DNA from: a virus | DNA: 35,405 nucleotides | Reading direction: 5' to 3' (one strand) | Virus genome (UHGV): UHGV-0379469 | Shown here: piece after piece, positions 34,219-35,405 of the stretch | Layout of the letters: each line of letters begins with the position of its first letter | Numbering within the stretch: position 1 is the first letter of the stretch | Position numbers and translations under genes: made by a program | Notes under the pieces: generated by a model | The model's input: only the letters and a program-made list of their open reading frames with translations | Databases searched by the model: none | What the model was told of the DNA's origin: nothing

Positions 34219-35405
34219 CAGTGAAATACTACGCCATTCTGACTAATCAGGGCGCGGCACGACTGGCTAACGCGACGATGCTCGGCAGTAAGCTGAATCT
34301 GACGCAAATGGCCGTTGGTGATGCAAATGGTGTGTTACCAACACCAGACCCTGCACAAACAAAACTGATTAACCAGAAACGCATTGCACCGCTGAATCTT
34401 CTGAGTGTTGACCCTAACAATCAGAGCCAGATTATTGCGGAGCAAATCATCCCTGAAAACGAGGGAGGATTCTGGATCCGTGAGATTGGTCTTTATGATG
34501 ATGAAGGTGTACTCATTGCGGTGGCAAACTGCCCGGAAACGTACAAACCGCAGTTGCAGGAAGGCAGTGGACGCACCCAGACTATCCGCATGATTCTGGT
34601 TGTCACGAACACCGAAGCCATCACGCTGAAAATCGACCCGTCTGTGGTTCTGGCAACCCGCAAATATGTGGATGATAAAATCTCAGAGCACGAACAGTCA
34701 CGACGTCACCCGGACGCCTCGCTGACCGTAAAAGGTTTTACTCAGTTAAGCAGTGCAATTAACAGTGAATCAGAAACACTGGCCGCAACACCGAAAGCGG
34801 TTAAGGCTGCATATGACCTGGCTAACGGGAAATATACCGCCCAGAACGCCACCACTACACAAAAAGGGATTGTTCAGCTCAGTAGCGCCACGAACAGCAC
34901 GTCTGAAACGCTGGCAGCGACACCAAAAGCTGTTAAGGCGGTAATGGATGAAACGAACAAGAAAGCACCATTAAACAGCCCGGCACTGACCGGAACGCCA
35001 ACAACACCAACAGCGCCACAGGGGACTAATAGTACCCAGATCGCAAGCACGGCTTTCGTTATGGCCGCGATTGCCGCACTTGTAGATTCGTCACCTGATG
35101 CACTGAACACGCTGAATGAACTGGCTGCGGCGCTGGGCAATGACCCGAATTTTGCGACCACCATGACTAACGCGCTTGCGGGTAAGCAACCGAAGGATGC
35201 CACCCTGACGGCGCTGGCAGAGCTTGCTACATCAGCAGATAAACTCCCATATTTTACAGGGGCAGATCGTGCCGCGTTAACCGCGTTGACAAGTGTTGGA
35301 CGTGCCATTCTTGGTAAAACCAGCACTCAGGGAGTTCTTGATTACCTTGGTTTGGGGGAAGGCTCTGCACTGCCCGTTGGTGTGCCCGTTCCGTGGTCCT
35401 CAGCA
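34215..35405 (+). CDS. H: tail fibre protein H, N-terminal constant part (continues at 1..405 across the circular junction)
   Basis: ATG 34215 overlaps I stop; internal tandem repeat QLSSA.NS.SETLAATPKAVKA x2; no stop before the window end and in frame with bases 1..405. Confidence 0.9.
   Translation, partial: MTVKYYAILTNQGAARLANATMLGSKLNLTQMAVGDANGVLPTPDPAQTKLINQKRIAPLNLLSVDPNNQSQIIAEQIIPENEGGFWIREIGLYDDEGVLIAVANCPETYKPQLQEGSGRTQTIRMILVVTNTEAITLKIDPSVVLATRKYVDDKISEHEQSRRHPDASLTVKGFTQLSSAINSESETLAATPKAVKAAYDLANGKYTAQNATTTQKGIVQLSSATNSTSETLAATPKAVKAVMDETNKKAPLNSPALTGTPTTPTAPQGTNSTQIASTAFVMAAIAALVDSSPDALNTLNELAAALGNDPNFATTMTNALAGKQPKDATLTALAELATSADKLPYFTGADRAALTALTSVGRAILGKTSTQGVLDYLGLGEGSALPVGVPVPWSSA
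35335..35360. other. 26-bp hix/gix-like recombination crossover site (left)
   Basis: TTCTTGATTACCTTGGTTTGGGGGAA: 18 of 26 positions match the Salmonella hixL consensus as recalled (TTCTTGAAAACCAAGGTTTTTGATAA); inner half is the reverse complement of the inner half of 1491..1516. Confidence 0.7.

Noticed and set aside
34753-35326. ORFs 34753..34944(+) and 34874..35326(-) inside H
   Set aside because: Alternate-frame or antisense to the well-supported tail-fibre H frame, which covers the internal tandem repeat.
1-35405. CRISPR arrays, rRNA genes, IS elements
   Set aside because: No regularly spaced short direct repeats with unique spacers, no rRNA-like sequence, and no transposase ORF with terminal inverted repeats were seen; the only recombinases are the phage integrase and the invertase.

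Overview
The window appears to be a complete, circularly permuted genome (35,405 bp) of a P2-like temperate phage of Enterobacteriaceae. The last base joins the first base in frame inside the tail-fibre gene H, so the contig was opened inside a repeat. All calls are from reading the sequence and from recalled family features; no database search was run. Recognisable modules: portal/terminase (Q, P, minus strand); capsid/packaging O-N-M-L-X; lysis cassette (holin, GH108-type endolysin, Rz with embedded Rz1); tail completion and baseplate R-S-V-W-J-I; tail fibre H; then a Mu/P1/e14-type invertible tail-fibre tip segment with its serine invertase. The sheath-tube-chaperone-tape measure-U block (FI, FII, E/E', T, U) lies on the minus strand, opposite to D and ogr and to the canonical P2 order. 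Cargo and accessory content: an AT-rich 340-aa gene between D and ogr (candidate defence gene), a Hok-family toxin ORF and a zinc-ribbon/TM2 membrane protein between ogr and attP, and a ParM/ParR actin-type partition locus with palindromic iterons after the replication gene A. The partition locus together with int/attP suggests a phage-plasmid lifestyle. The lysogeny/early region has int, a C-type repressor, cox and a string of small ORFs. No rRNA, tRNA or CRISPR array was found.
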